DNA from: Lachnospiraceae bacterium
GTDB taxonomy: Bacteria; Bacillota; Clostridia; Lachnospirales; Lachnospiraceae
NCBI GenBank assembly: GCA_021205385.1
Contig: JAJPXQ010000003.1
Location: 812 to 64,811 of the forward strand
Direction of reading: 5' to 3'
Length of the DNA: 64,000 nucleotides
Part shown: piece by piece, positions 17,715 to 28,966 of the stretch
Numbering within the stretch: the first letter of the stretch is position 1
Layout: each line of letters begins with the position of its first letter
Position numbers and translations under genes: made by a program
Notes under the pieces: model-generated
Seen by the model: only the letters and a program-made list of their open reading frames with translations
Database searches by the model: none
What the model was told of the DNA's origin: nothing

Positions 17715-19133
17715 TTATTTGTATGTCTGCTCAGCTGTCGGAGCCTTCAGCTCCTGACAGGCGTGCCGCAGGAAGTATATTGTTACAAAGACAGTCAGGA
17801 CATCCGCGACCGGAATAAAGTACAGAATTCCCCGCAGTCCCATGAAAACAGGCAGGATAAGCGGCAGCCCGGCTCCGAATACAACATCGCGGAGAATGGA
17901 AAGGATGGACGCCTGCTTTGGCTTCCCAAGTGCCTGCAGGAAGATCGAAGAGCCTTTGTTAACGCAGGCGAGGAAGATCAGGCAGAAAAACAGCCGCAGG
18001 CAGGAAACTGCAAATTCCGTGTAATAGCTGCTCTCGTTCGCGGCGCCGAAAATACTGATCAGTTGCAGCGGGAAAACTTCAAAGACAACAAGGGCGACCA
18101 GACCAATGAGAACCTCTGTTGTCAGAAGCCGCTTCATGAAATTGAGGACGCGATCGTTCCTGCCGGCTCCCACATTGTAGCCGACCAGCGGAATGCAGCC
18201 GGCGGACAGGCCGACTGCGACTGAGATCACGATCTGAAAAAATTTCATGGCGATGCCGATGACCGCGATCGGAATCTGACTGTATTGTTCCTGGCTGAAA
18301 ATGGGATCCAGCGCGCTGTATTTTGCAGTCATATTCTGTACGGCAGCCATGGAAAGGACGATGGAAATCTGTGTGAAGAATCCGCTCATTCCCAGGGGCA
18401 CCACCTTTTTGAGCAGTTTGGAATTGAGATGAAAACAGCTCCTGTCAAGCTGTACAGACTGCATGTGCGGCAGGTAGAGGAGCAGGATGACGGCGCAGAG
18501 GATCTGGCCGATAATTGTGGCAAGCGCGGCTCCCATCATGCCCCAGCGGAATACATAAATGAAAACAGCATCCAGCGCGATGTTGGTCACCGTGCCGGCA
18601 ATCATGGCCTTCATCGCATATTTCGGGCTTCCGTCGGCACTGATAATGGGGGACAGGCATTGTCCGAGCACATAAAAGGGGATGCCGAGCGAAATCCAGA
18701 AAAGATATTCTCTGGAGAATTGATAGACCTTTTCATTCACCTGCCCTCCAAACAGAGCGATGAGGGGATGATAAAAGATCTGATAGATGACCAGAATGAT
18801 AAGTCCTGCCAGAAAAGCGCACAGAACCGCATTTGCAACACTCTTTCGTGCATTCTCCTTCTGTCTGGAGCCAAGGCAGATACTTAAGTATGCGCCGCAG
18901 CCATCTCCGAAGATGACGGCGATAGCCAGAGCGATCACGGTGAGGGGATAGACAACGGCATTTGCCGCGTTGCCATAGGAGCCGAGATAATCTGCATTTG
19001 AGATGAAAATCTGATCAACGATATTATATAAGGCTCCGACCAGTAATGAAACAATGCAGGGGACAGCATATCGGATCATCAGCTTCCCAATGCTTTCGCT
19101 CTCGCGAGCGTCAACTGTTTGAATTTCAGACAT
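17715..19133 (-). CDS. MATE-family efflux transporter (MepA-like)
   Basis: YAVPCIVSLLVGALYNIVDQIFI, ADGSPKYAMKAMIAG..NIALD, WGMMGAALATIIGQ. True start MSEIQ at 19133 behind RBS GGAGG. Confidence 0.92.
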   Translation of the reverse strand: MSEIQTVDARESESIGKLMIRYAVPCIVSLLVGALYNIVDQIFISNADYLGSYGNAANAVVYPLTVIALAIAVIFGDGCGAYLSICLGSRQKENARKSVANAVLCAFLAGLIILVIYQIFYHPLIALFGGQVNEKVYQFSREYLFWISLGIPFYVLGQCLSPIISADGSPKYAMKAMIAGTVTNIALDAVFIYVFRWGMMGAALATIIGQILCAVILLLYLPHMQSVQLDRSCFHLNSKLLKKVVPLGMSGFFTQISIVLSMAAVQNMTAKYSALDPIFSQEQYSQIPIAVIGIAMKFFQIVISVAVGLSAGCIPLVGYNVGAGRNDRVLNFMKRLLTTEVLIGLVALVVFEVFPLQLISIFGAANESSYYTEFAVSCLRLFFCLIFLACVNKGSSIFLQALGKPKQASILSILRDVVFGAGLPLILPVFMGLRGILYFIPVADVLTVFVTIYFLRHACQELKAPTAEQTYK

Positions 19134-19170
19134 AGTTTTTACCTCCTGTTCCTGAATGGGCATCAGTGGC

Positions 19171-19323
19171 AAAATAAAATGCACACGCAGGGTGTGCATA
19201 AAAAACGACACCCTGTCATGTGGATATTTCGTACCGTCTCGGCGAATCCCATGATGCCTTGTGTCGTTTCTATATCTATGATTCAACTTCGTTATTCTAA
19301 CTCTTTATTTTCAAAAAAGTCAA
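19171..19323 (-). promoter_or_regulatory. Promoter plus structured leader (terminator/antiterminator) of the MATE gene
   Basis: TTGACT(19318-23), 18 nt, TAGAAT(19294-99). Long hairpin 19203-19269; terminator-like hairpin 19179-19199 followed by a U-rich run; alternative 8 bp pairing between 19208-19215 and 19188-19195. Confidence 0.6.
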
Positions 19324-19332
19324 GAAGTTTTG

Positions 19333-20307
19333 TCAGCAGCGTGCAGGCGTTACGTCCCGTCCCAGTGCGGTCAGCATCTTTTTGTCACTCTGGATCGTGG
19401 CGCGCGCGGCGGTTGTCAGCATATTTCCGGTGATGGTCGCGGATGCGCCGGAACAGAACGCACGCTCGCCGTCGTGCTCCATGAGAGCCCGGCCCGCCGC
19501 GAGGCGGATGTTTGCTTCCGGATTGATATAGCGGAAGAAAGCGATTGTCCGCAGAATGTCCGCCTCGGTCAGAGGCTCCTGATCTTCCAGCGGCGTGCCT
19601 TTGATCGGCATCAGTGCGTTGATCGGGATGGAATCGACGCCGATCTCTGCGAGGCTGACAGCCATATCCAGCCGGTCCTCCCAGGTCTCGCCCATGCCGA
19701 TGATACCGCCGGAGCAGGCGCACATGCCTTCCGCTTTGACAAGCTTCAGCGTCTCGAGCTTCTGTTCGTAAGTGTGTGTCGTGCAGATATTGGGGAAATT
19801 CCGTCTGGAAGTCTCGATATTGTGGTGATAGCTCGTGACGCCGGCCTCGTGCAGGCGATGGAGTTGCTCCGCGTTCAAAAATCCCATGGAGGCGCACAGC
19901 TCGATTTTGCAGTTGTGCGCCATCGTCTCGTAAGCATGGATTGCCTTCTCGAATTCCTCGCCGCTCAGCGATCTTCCTGCTGTCACGATGGAGAAGCGGT
20001 CAACGCCTTCGCTCTCGTGCAGTCTGCAGGCTTCCACGATCTCTTCCTCCGGGAGAAAATCGTAGATCTCACAGCTCGTATGATGATGCGCCGACTGCGC
20101 GCAGTATTTGCAGTCTTCCGGACAGCGCCCGCTGCGCCCGTTGATAATGGAGCAGAGATCCACTTTCTCTCCGACAAGGGCCGCCCGAATCCGGTCAGCC
20201 CCCTCGCAGAGATTCTTCAAATCGCAGGTGAGGAAAAAGGAGAGGTCATCCTCACGCGTGATTCTCCGTCCGTCTATGATTTCCTGTGCCAGTCTGCATA
20301 CATCCAT
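19333..20307 (-). CDS. bioB: Biotin synthase
   Basis: Radical SAM CPEDCKYCAQS, YHHNIET, CSGGIIGMGET, IPINAL, IRLAAGR. Start MDVC at 20307. Confidence 0.95.
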   Translation of the reverse strand: MDVCRLAQEIIDGRRITREDDLSFFLTCDLKNLCEGADRIRAALVGEKVDLCSIINGRSGRCPEDCKYCAQSAHHHTSCEIYDFLPEEEIVEACRLHESEGVDRFSIVTAGRSLSGEEFEKAIHAYETMAHNCKIELCASMGFLNAEQLHRLHEAGVTSYHHNIETSRRNFPNICTTHTYEQKLETLKLVKAEGMCACSGGIIGMGETWEDRLDMAVSLAEIGVDSIPINALMPIKGTPLEDQEPLTEADILRTIAFFRYINPEANIRLAAGRALMEHDGERAFCSGASATITGNMLTTAARATIQSDKKMLTALGRDVTPARC

Positions 20308-20328
20308 TTTGCAATTTCCCTCCGTCAT

Positions 20329-20889
20329 TTATGCCAGATTGGCTTTGCGCAGCTGTCGGCGTATCTGCACGCCGAGGAACATGGCCACTGCGATCTTGCA
20401 GAGATCACCGATGATAAACGGAAATACACAGATGCCCAGCGCGTAGGCGACCGTGCAGTCCATCAGATAGACGAACCACGCGGTGCCGAGTGCGTAGCAG
20501 AGCGCCGTTGAAGCGACATAGGTGATGAAGTGCAGCGCGTATTTCTCCGGCCAGCGATCAATCACATAGCCGCCGATCAGCGCGATGAAGATGAAGCCGA
20601 TGAGGTAGCCTCCAGTCGGTCCCACGAGCTTTGCCGGCCCTCCGGCATAGCCTGAGAAGACCGGAAGCCCGACGAGTCCCAGCAGCAGATAGATCAGAAA
20701 GCTGATCGTCCCCTTCTTCATGCCGAGAATGTAGAGTGAGAGATAGATCACCAGATTCGTCAGGGAAATCGGAACCGGTCCGATGGGGATGGACATCGGA
20801 GCCAGGATGCACAGCAGTGCGGTAAAAATGGCGATCTTTGTCATATCGCGAACCTGAATCATTCCTGTTGCGGCAGTTTTCTTTTCCAT
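20329..20889 (-). CDS. bioY: Biotin transporter BioY (ECF S-component)
   Basis: [40 protein letters not shown]. Start MEKK at 20889 with RBS AAAGGA. Confidence 0.93.
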   Translation of the reverse strand: MEKKTAATGMIQVRDMTKIAIFTALLCILAPMSIPIGPVPISLTNLVIYLSLYILGMKKGTISFLIYLLLGLVGLPVFSGYAGGPAKLVGPTGGYLIGFIFIALIGGYVIDRWPEKYALHFITYVASTALCYALGTAWFVYLMDCTVAYALGICVFPFIIGDLCKIAVAMFLGVQIRRQLRKANLA

Positions 20890-20916
20890 AGTAGAGAAGT
20901 TCCTTTCAGTCATGTT

Positions 20917-20973
20917 TTTAAATGTAAACCGTGTCGACGAAAGAAGTTTACATTTAAATTGCAGAAATGTCAA
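20917..20973 (-). promoter_or_regulatory. BirA operator overlapping the bioY promoter
   Basis: Perfect 13 bp arms tttaaatgtaaac-N16-gtttacatttaaa (20917-20958), matching the Firmicute BirA box TGTnAAC-N14-16-GTTnACA. Minus-strand TTGACA(20968-73), 17 nt, TAAACT(20945-50). Confidence 0.85.
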
Positions 20974-21064
20974 CCATTATTTTGCGTGGATTTATGAGGA
21001 GGCATGGTTTATAATCTTCAGTAAAGGAAATTCATTTTTGAAATGGGATGTGAGGAAGAACAGC

Positions 21065-21979
21065 ATGAAACGGATTGTGCTATACGGGATCATCGCGGTG
21101 CTGACCGTGGGGCTCCTGTCCGGCTGCAGCGGCAGCAGCGTGGATGACACGCAGGATGCGCCGGCGGAATCGAGCGTGCCGGAAGAGGGGTTGTCAGAAG
21201 AGGAGCCGCCGGAAGAGGAAGTGCCGGAAGCAGTTGAAATGGAGACCGTGGATGAAATTTCCATGGAAGAGGAAGTTGTCGAAGAGGATTATGAGGTTCC
21301 GGAGGAACCTGAGGTTGTGATTGAGGAAGAAACGCCTGCGGATGAGACGAACGGCTGCCTCGTCGTCATCGACGCCGGACATCAGCGGAGCGGCAACCCT
21401 GAGCAGGAGCCGATCGGTCCGGGGGCCACGGAGACGAAAGCAAAGGTCACCGGCGGCACCTCCGGTTCGGCCAGCGGACTGGCAGAGTATGAGCTGAATC
21501 TGCAGGTGGCGCTGAAACTGGAAGAGATATTGACGGAACGGGGCTATGAAGTCATCATGTGCCGAACGAGCAACGATGTGGATCTCAGCAACAGTGAGCG
21601 GGCGGCGATTGCCAACGAGGCCGGAGCGGATGCTTTCATCCGTATTCACGCGAATGGGTCGACGGATACGAGCGTGAACGGAGCGATGACGATCTGCCAG
21701 ACGGCTTCCAATCCATATAACGGCGATCTCTATGCACAGAGCCGTGCATTATCGGATGCAGTGCTGGACTGCTTTGTCGAGAAGACCGGCGCGAAGAAAC
21801 AGTATGTGTGGGAGACGGACACGATGAGCGGGATCAACTGGGCGAGCGTACCGGTGACGATCATAGAGATGGGCTACATGACCAATGCAGAGGAAGACCT
21901 GAAGATGGCGTCGGAAGAGTATCAGTATCTGATGGCAGAAGGAATGGCAGACGGGATTGATGAGTTCCTGCTCGACTGA
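21065..21979 (+). CDS. N-acetylmuramoyl-L-alanine amidase (Amidase_3), lipoprotein
   Basis: Lipobox LSGC, Glu-rich linker, [34 protein letters not shown]. Start MKRI at 21065. Confidence 0.92.
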   Translation: MKRIVLYGIIAVLTVGLLSGCSGSSVDDTQDAPAESSVPEEGLSEEEPPEEEVPEAVEMETVDEISMEEEVVEEDYEVPEEPEVVIEEETPADETNGCLVVIDAGHQRSGNPEQEPIGPGATETKAKVTGGTSGSASGLAEYELNLQVALKLEEILTERGYEVIMCRTSNDVDLSNSERAAIANEAGADAFIRIHANGSTDTSVNGAMTICQTASNPYNGDLYAQSRALSDAVLDCFVEKTGAKKQYVWETDTMSGINWASVPVTIIEMGYMTNAEEDLKMASEEYQYLMAEGMADGIDEFLLD

Positions 21980-21993
21980 CGGGGCATTCCGTC

Positions 21994-22022
21994 TTGACCA
22001 TGCCGATACGGTTTGTTACACT
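21994..22022 (+). promoter_or_regulatory. Candidate sigma-A promoter of udp-deoB
   Basis: TTGACC, 17 nt, TACACT. Confidence 0.55.
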
Positions 22023-22053
22023 TGAAAACAGGAATGACGGGAGAAATGAGGAA

Positions 22054-22820
22054 ATGAAAAATTATTCAGAAGATCCGACGAGACAGTACCACATTCAGGT
22101 GGCGAAGGGCGAGGTGGGACGCTATGTCATCCTGCCCGGCGACCCGAAGCGCTGCGCAAAGATCGCGCAGTATTTTGACGAGCCGCAGCTGATTGCCGAC
22201 AATCGTGAATTTATCACCTATACGGGCACGCTGGACGGCGTAAAGGTCAGCGTGACTTCGACGGGAATCGGCGGGCCTTCAGCCTCGATCGCGCTGGAGG
22301 AGCTGGTGAACTGCGGGGCGGACACGTTTCTGCGCGTTGGTACCTGCGGAGGTATGCAGACGGAAGTGGAGAGCGGAGACTTGGTGATCGCGCAGGCAGC
22401 GATCCGCATGGAAGGCACGAGCCGGGAGTATGCGCCGATTGAATTTCCTGCGGTGGCGGATTTTGACGTTACAGGCGCGCTCTGTAAAGCGGCGAAAAGT
22501 CTGGGAGCGCGTGCGCATGTGGGCGTAGTACAGTGCAAGGATTCCTTCTACGGGCAGCATTCTCCGGAGACGAAGCCGGTGAGTTATGAACTGTTGAATA
22601 AATGGGAAGCGTGGAAACGCCTCGGCTGTCTGGCTTCTGAGATGGAGTCGGCGGCGCTGTTTGTCGCAGCGAGTGCGCTGCGCGTGCGGGTTGGAAGCGT
22701 CTTTCTGGTGATGGCCAATCAGGAGCGGGAGAGGCTGGGGCTTTCGAATCCGGTGGTGCACGACACGGATCTGGCGGTGCGGACGGCTGTGGAGGCTCTG
22801 CGGGAACTGATCCGGCTGTA

Positions 22821-22821
<1 letters not shown>
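22054..22821 (+). CDS. udp: Uridine phosphorylase
   Basis: [42 protein letters not shown]. Confidence 0.92.
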
Positions 22822-24038
<1,217 letters not shown>

Positions 24039-24043
24039 AAAGC

Positions 24044-24072
24044 TTGTCTCAGTCCCCCGAAAATGGTATACT
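24044..24072 (+). promoter_or_regulatory. Candidate sigma-A promoter of gdpP-rplI-dnaB
   Basis: TTGTCT, 17 nt, TATACT with TG extension. Confidence 0.6.
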
Positions 24073-24119
24073 CTACTGTAGCGTAGTTTTGTGCTGAATA
24101 TTTCAAAAGGGATTATCCG

Positions 24120-26153
24120 ATGAGCAAAAATAAAAAGAGAAAGACATATGTGAGATGGCCGCTGTACATGATCATTCTTCTGGTGGTCATGGCTGGAGTG
24201 ATCTGCGCGATCGATCACAGAGCAGGTTATGTGGCCTTCGTGACGACGCTCGTGTACGCGGTCATTGCCGTTTTTTCCTGGCTTCGCAGCAGACCCGCCC
24301 TGCGTCGGGAGATGGTCTCTTTCGCGACACATTATGGGCAGATTCAGAAGCGTCTTCTGAAGGAACTGCCGGTTCCCTATGCATTGCTTGGTGAGGATGG
24401 TCGCGTCCTGTGGTCGAACACGGAGTTCCGGAATATCACGGGAAAGAGCCTGAAGCGCGGCCGCCCGGTCAGCAGTGTCTTCCACGAGATCAACAGCAGT
24501 GTTTTTCCGGTGCCGGAGGATCCGGTCGTCACGCTGGCGCTCAGCTTTGAGGAGCGGGATTATCGTGCAGAGCTCAAGCTGATTGACCTGAGCGAAGACG
24601 CCCGGGAAGAGGAGGAAGAGCTGGGGACCGATTTTGAAGGGCAGCTTGTGGCGCTGTATCTGTTTGAGACGACGGAAATCAATCGCTACATCCGGGAGAA
24701 CCGGGAGCAGCGCATGGTCGCGGGACTGGTATATATCGACAATTATGACGAGACGCTGGAGAATGTAGAAGAGATTCGCACCTCGCTTCTGGTGGCGCTG
24801 ATTGAGCGGAAGATCAACAAATATTTCAACGCTTATGACGGAATTGTCCGGAAGCTTGAGAAGGATCGCTTTTTCGTGGTCATGCAGGAGAAGGCGCTTG
24901 ACCAGATCCGTGAGAATAAATTTGATCTGCTGCAGGATATCAAGACCGTCAATATTGGAAATGAGATGGCGATGACCCTGAGTATCAGTATCGGTTCGGG
25001 CGGCGCGACTTATATGGACTGTATGGAGTACGCGCGCAGCGCGATGGATCTGGCGCTTGCCCGCGGCGGTGACCAGGCCGTGGTGAAGACGAAGGATCAG
25101 ATCACCTATTACGGCGGCAAGACACAGCAGATAGAGAAAAATACCCGTGTCAAGGCGCGTGTGAAGGCGCAGGCCTTCCGCGAGCTGGTGGAGACCAAGG
25201 ACAGTGTGGTGGTCATGGGCCATCAGCTGACGGACATGGATTCTTTTGGCGCGGCTGTCGGTATATACCGCGCGGCGAGTACGCTGAATAAGAAGGCATA
25301 TATTGTTGTGAATCAGGTCAGCACTTCGGTGAAGCCGATGCTGGAGATGTTTGAGGAGTCCATTGGCCGGGAACAGGGCGTTGTCATAGGCAGTGCGCAG
25401 GCGAAGGAGATTGTTGACAGGAATACGGTAGTGGTCGTGGTGGATACGAACAGGCCGAGTTATACGGAGTGCCCGGAGATCCTTTCCATGACGCCGACAG
25501 TGGTCGTTTTTGACCATCACCGGAGAGGAAATGAGGTCATCAGCCCGGCAGTGCTGTCCTACATAGAGCCGAATGCGTCGTCAGCCTGCGAGATGGTTGC
25601 GGAAATTCTGCAGTATTTCGCGGACAATGTGCGTCTGAAAGGCGGCGAGGCTGACTGTATTTATGCGGGCATGGTTATGGACACTGACAATTTCGTGAGT
25701 AAGACAGGAGTGCGTACCTTTGAGGCGGCGGCCTTTCTGCGGCGCAGCGGAGCGGATGTGACGCGCGTTCACAAGCTGTTCCGCAGTGACATGGCGGCGT
25801 ATAAGGCCAGAGCGGAGGCGGTGCGTCATGCGGAGGTCTACCGGGGCTTTGCACTGTCGGTCTGCCCGGGTAAGGGACTTGAGAGTCCCACGATCGTGGG
25901 CGCGCAGGCGGCGAATGAGTTACTGAATATCGTGGGTGTGAAGGCATCAATTGTGCTGACGGAATATGCCGGCAGGGTCTATGTGAGCGCCCGTTCGATC
26001 GACGAGGTAAATGTACAGATTATCATGGAGAAGATGGGCGGCGGCGGCCATTTGAATATGGCCGGAGTGCAGCTTGAGTGTTCGGTTGAGGATGCGATGA
26101 AGCTGGTTCGGAAGACACTGGAGGATATGTTTAAGGAAGGAGAACTGGAATGA
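24120..26153 (+). CDS. gdpP: Cyclic-di-AMP phosphodiesterase GdpP (TM-PAS-GGDEF-like-DHH/DHHA1)
   Basis: Two N-terminal TM helices, ALARGGDQAVV, MGH..DMDSFG, VVVDT, FDHHRR, GGGGH. Conserved gdpP-rplI-dnaB order. Confidence 0.93.
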   Translation: MSKNKKRKTYVRWPLYMIILLVVMAGVICAIDHRAGYVAFVTTLVYAVIAVFSWLRSRPALRREMVSFATHYGQIQKRLLKELPVPYALLGEDGRVLWSNTEFRNITGKSLKRGRPVSSVFHEINSSVFPVPEDPVVTLALSFEERDYRAELKLIDLSEDAREEEEELGTDFEGQLVALYLFETTEINRYIRENREQRMVAGLVYIDNYDETLENVEEIRTSLLVALIERKINKYFNAYDGIVRKLEKDRFFVVMQEKALDQIRENKFDLLQDIKTVNIGNEMAMTLSISIGSGGATYMDCMEYARSAMDLALARGGDQAVVKTKDQITYYGGKTQQIEKNTRVKARVKAQAFRELVETKDSVVVMGHQLTDMDSFGAAVGIYRAASTLNKKAYIVVNQVSTSVKPMLEMFEESIGREQGVVIGSAQAKEIVDRNTVVVVVDTNRPSYTECPEILSMTPTVVVFDHHRRGNEVISPAVLSYIEPNASSACEMVAEILQYFADNVRLKGGEADCIYAGMVMDTDNFVSKTGVRTFEAAAFLRRSGADVTRVHKLFRSDMAAYKARAEAVRHAEVYRGFALSVCPGKGLESPTIVGAQAANELLNIVGVKASIVLTEYAGRVYVSARSIDEVNVQIIMEKMGGGGHLNMAGVQLECSVEDAMKLVRKTLEDMFKEGELE

Positions 26154-26596
26154 AGGTAATATTGCTGCAGGACGTGAAATCCCTCGGGAAGAAGGGCGAC
26201 CTCGTGGAGGTGAGCGACGGCTACGCCAGAAATTATATTCTTGCGAAAAAACTCGGGGTGGAGGCGACCTCGAAAAATATGAATGATCTGAAGCTTCAGA
26301 AGGCGCATGAGGACAGGCTCGCCGCGAAGCGCCTCGAGGAGGCGAAGGAGCTCGCGCAGAAGATCAAAGGGCTCGAGACGGTCCTGACGATCAAGGTCGG
26401 CGAGGGCGGAAGACTGTTTGGTTCTATCTCCTCGAAAGAGATCGCGCAGGCGGTCAAAGAGCAGCATGGCCTGGAGCTTGATAAGAAGAAATTTGTATTG
26501 CCGAACCCGATTAAGGCAGTCGGGACGACGAATGTGCCGGTGAAGCTGCACCCGCAGGTGACAGCAGAGCTTAAGGTTACGGTCAAAGAGGCTTAG
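26150..26596 (+). CDS. rplI: 50S ribosomal protein L9
   Basis: MKVILLQDVKSLGKKGDLVEVSDGYARNYI..GRLFGSIS. Confidence 0.98.
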   Translation: MKVILLQDVKSLGKKGDLVEVSDGYARNYILAKKLGVEATSKNMNDLKLQKAHEDRLAAKRLEEAKELAQKIKGLETVLTIKVGEGGRLFGSISSKEIAQAVKEQHGLELDKKKFVLPNPIKAVGTTNVPVKLHPQVTAELKVTVKEA

Positions 26597-26621
26597 GGCG
26601 CACATTAGAGGAGAAGCAGCG

Positions 26622-27968
26622 ATGGAAGAAGCGCTCATAAAAAGGGTTATGCCTCACGATGAGGAGGCGGAGAGCTCAGTCATCGGCGCGATGCTGATCG
26701 ACAATGAGGCCATCATGACAGCCTCCGAGATCATCACGGGGGAAGATTTTTATCAGCGTCAGCTGGGTGTTGTGTTTGACACGATGGTTGAGCTGTATAA
26801 TGAAGGAAAACCGGTGGAGCCGGTTGTGCTTCACACACGCCTGCTGGAAAAGGGACTTCAGGAGGAGGCCTGTGGGACGGAGCAGATTCTGCGCTGGATG
26901 ACGCAGACACCGACTTCCGTGAATATCAAATATTACGCGGAGATTGTGGCGGAAAAATCCGTTTCGCGAAAGCTGATTCGTCTGAGTGAAGAGATTGCGA
27001 ATACCTGCTATGCGGGGACGACGAAGCTCGAGGATACGCTGGCCGATGCGGAGAAACGGGTCTTTGATCTGGTGCAGCGCGGCAACATGGCGGAGTTTGT
27101 CCCGATCCGCGACGCAGTCATCGCAGTTATGAAGAAGATCGACGCCGCGTCACGCACGCGTGGAAGGGTGACCGGGCTGGAGACCGGCTTTGCGGATCTC
27201 GATTACAAGACATCGGGACTGCAGCCGTCCGATCTGATCCTGCTGGCCGCCCGTCCCTCCATGGGCAAGACCGCTTTTGCTCTGAATATGGCGCAGCACA
27301 TTGCCTTCCGTAAAAATATTCCGATCGCGATTTTCAGCCTGGAGATGTCCCGGGAACAGCTGATCAATCGTCTGCTCTCCCTGGAATCTCATGTGGACGC
27401 GCAGAAGATCCGGACCGGGCGCCTGAACGATGAGGAGTGGATGAATCTCGTCGAGGGCTCTGCCAGCATTGCCGGGTCAAAGCTGTTTATTGACGACACG
27501 CCGGGTATTAACCTGTCGACGCTGCGCTCGAAGTGCAGAAAGCTGAAGGCAGAACATGATATTCAGCTCGTCATCATCGACTATCTTCAGCTCATGAGCG
27601 GGGAGAACCGCAACAATCCGTCGCGGCAGCAGGAAATCTCGGATATCTCCCGAGGTCTGAAGGCGCTCGCGCGGGAGCTGGGCGTGCCGGTCATTGCACT
27701 GTCACAGCTGAGCCGTGCTGTGGAGCAGCGCCCGGATCACCGTCCGATGCTCTCTGATCTGCGTGAATCGGGTGCGATTGAGCAGGATGCGGACGTGGTC
27801 ATGTTCCTCTATCGGAAAGGATACTACGATCAGGATCTGTCGGAGGCAGAGCAGAGAGTGGCTGAGGTCATCATTGCAAAACAGAGAAACGGCCCCATCG
27901 GCAGCGTGAATCTTCTGTGGATACCGGAGCTGACAAAATTTGCGGATATGGACAAGAGCATGAGTTAA
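26622..27968 (+). CDS. dnaB: Replicative DNA helicase
   Basis: AARPSMGKT, IFSLEM, IIDYLQLM, ALSQLSRAVEQR, SDLRESGAIEQDAD, KQRNGP. Confidence 0.98.
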   Translation: MEEALIKRVMPHDEEAESSVIGAMLIDNEAIMTASEIITGEDFYQRQLGVVFDTMVELYNEGKPVEPVVLHTRLLEKGLQEEACGTEQILRWMTQTPTSVNIKYYAEIVAEKSVSRKLIRLSEEIANTCYAGTTKLEDTLADAEKRVFDLVQRGNMAEFVPIRDAVIAVMKKIDAASRTRGRVTGLETGFADLDYKTSGLQPSDLILLAARPSMGKTAFALNMAQHIAFRKNIPIAIFSLEMSREQLINRLLSLESHVDAQKIRTGRLNDEEWMNLVEGSASIAGSKLFIDDTPGINLSTLRSKCRKLKAEHDIQLVIIDYLQLMSGENRNNPSRQQEISDISRGLKALARELGVPVIALSQLSRAVEQRPDHRPMLSDLRESGAIEQDADVVMFLYRKGYYDQDLSEAEQRVAEVIIAKQRNGPIGSVNLLWIPELTKFADMDKSMS

Positions 27969-28057
27969 AAAATCTTCTTGTGTATTGTCGGTTTTTATAT
28001 TAGAATAGGGTGGAAACCAGAAACGGGATTCAAAACATTATAAGGAGGAAAAGTATC

Positions 28058-28228
28058 ATGGCATACGTTATTTCTGACGACTGTGTATCCTGCGGCTCCT
28101 GCGCAGCGGTATGTCCGGCGGACGCAATCTCTGAGGGAGATGGAAAGTATGTAATCGATGCAGACGCTTGCCTTGAGTGCGGCACCTGCGAGGCGGAATG
28201 TCCGAACGACGCGATCTCCGCTGAGTAA
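28058..28228 (+). CDS. 2[4Fe-4S] clostridial-type ferredoxin
   Basis: MAYVISDDCVSCGSCAAVCP...CLECGTCEAECP; RBS AAGGAGG. Confidence 0.95.
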   Translation: MAYVISDDCVSCGSCAAVCPADAISEGDGKYVIDADACLECGTCEAECPNDAISAE

Positions 28229-28236
28229 TGAAAAGC

Positions 28237-28280
28237 AAAAAAACGGACCTGTGTGCAGACAGACACAGGCCCGTTTTTTT
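28237..28280. terminator. Bidirectional intrinsic terminator between convergent genes
   Basis: aaaaaaacggacctgtgt...acacaggcccgttttttt. Confidence 0.7.
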
Positions 28281-28902
28281 ATCCTTCCGCTTCGCCGATC
28301 GTCTTTGGATTTCCAAACCACGATCGTTTTCGAGGCTCTTTTTTCTCATGTATTTTCTTAGCTTTTGGTTCTTTCTGCTTTTTGTCACGGCGACGCAGTG
28401 CCAGAGCTTTGCGTTCCTGCTGGGAGTTGCGGATAAGTTCGTCCAGCTTTTTGTAGTGACTCTCTTCCTGTTCTTCCTGGAGACGGAACAGGTAGTCAAT
28501 CTCCTTCACGACCTGCGTGGAGACCTGATGGCTCAGCTCCTTCCCCATTTCCAGCTGATTTTCCCGGAGTGCCTGTGAGACGACCTTCCCCAGAATGAGC
28601 TGAAACTGCTGCATTTTGTCGTCCGCCGCGGGCTCTGGTTCCTGCTGTCGGACAATCGCGGGTGGTATCTTGCCCTGTTCCATCTCCGGAAGGATAGCCC
28701 GGATCGCCTTGAGCTGATAGCCCTGCTCCTTGAGCTCCTTGATCTGATGAAACGTTCGGATGTTATCTTCTGTATAGCAGCGGTGTCCCATCTCGTTGCG
28801 CTCGATTGGCAGTTCCAGCTCGTCCTCCCAGTACCTCAGAACATGAGCCTCGACGTCTACCATCTTTGCCGCGTCGGAGATGATGTAGCGCTTCTTGTCC
28901 AT
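28279..28902 (-). CDS. MerR-family HTH protein with coiled-coil/basic tail
   Basis: YIISDAAKMVDVEAHVLRYWEDEL..RNEMGHRCYTEDNI. Confidence 0.85.
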   Translation of the reverse strand: MDKKRYIISDAAKMVDVEAHVLRYWEDELELPIERNEMGHRCYTEDNIRTFHQIKELKEQGYQLKAIRAILPEMEQGKIPPAIVRQQEPEPAADDKMQQFQLILGKVVSQALRENQLEMGKELSHQVSTQVVKEIDYLFRLQEEQEESHYKKLDELIRNSQQERKALALRRRDKKQKEPKAKKIHEKKEPRKRSWFGNPKTIGEAEG

Positions 28903-28966
28903 ACACATCCCTCCACCCTGTATAAAGTTTTTTATAAAAGCCCCGGATGGTGGCTTTTATAGTATG

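Noticed and set aside
19134-19286. 51-aa N-terminal extension of the MATE ORF in the track (similar extensions for bioY, the amidase, udp, carD, dcm)
   Set aside because: Downstream starts have clear Shine-Dalgarno sites, and the extensions overlap promoters or structured leaders.
21170-21350. Glu/Pro-rich repetitive stretch in the amidase gene
   Set aside because: An ordinary low-complexity linker between lipid anchor and catalytic domain, with no exact tandem unit.
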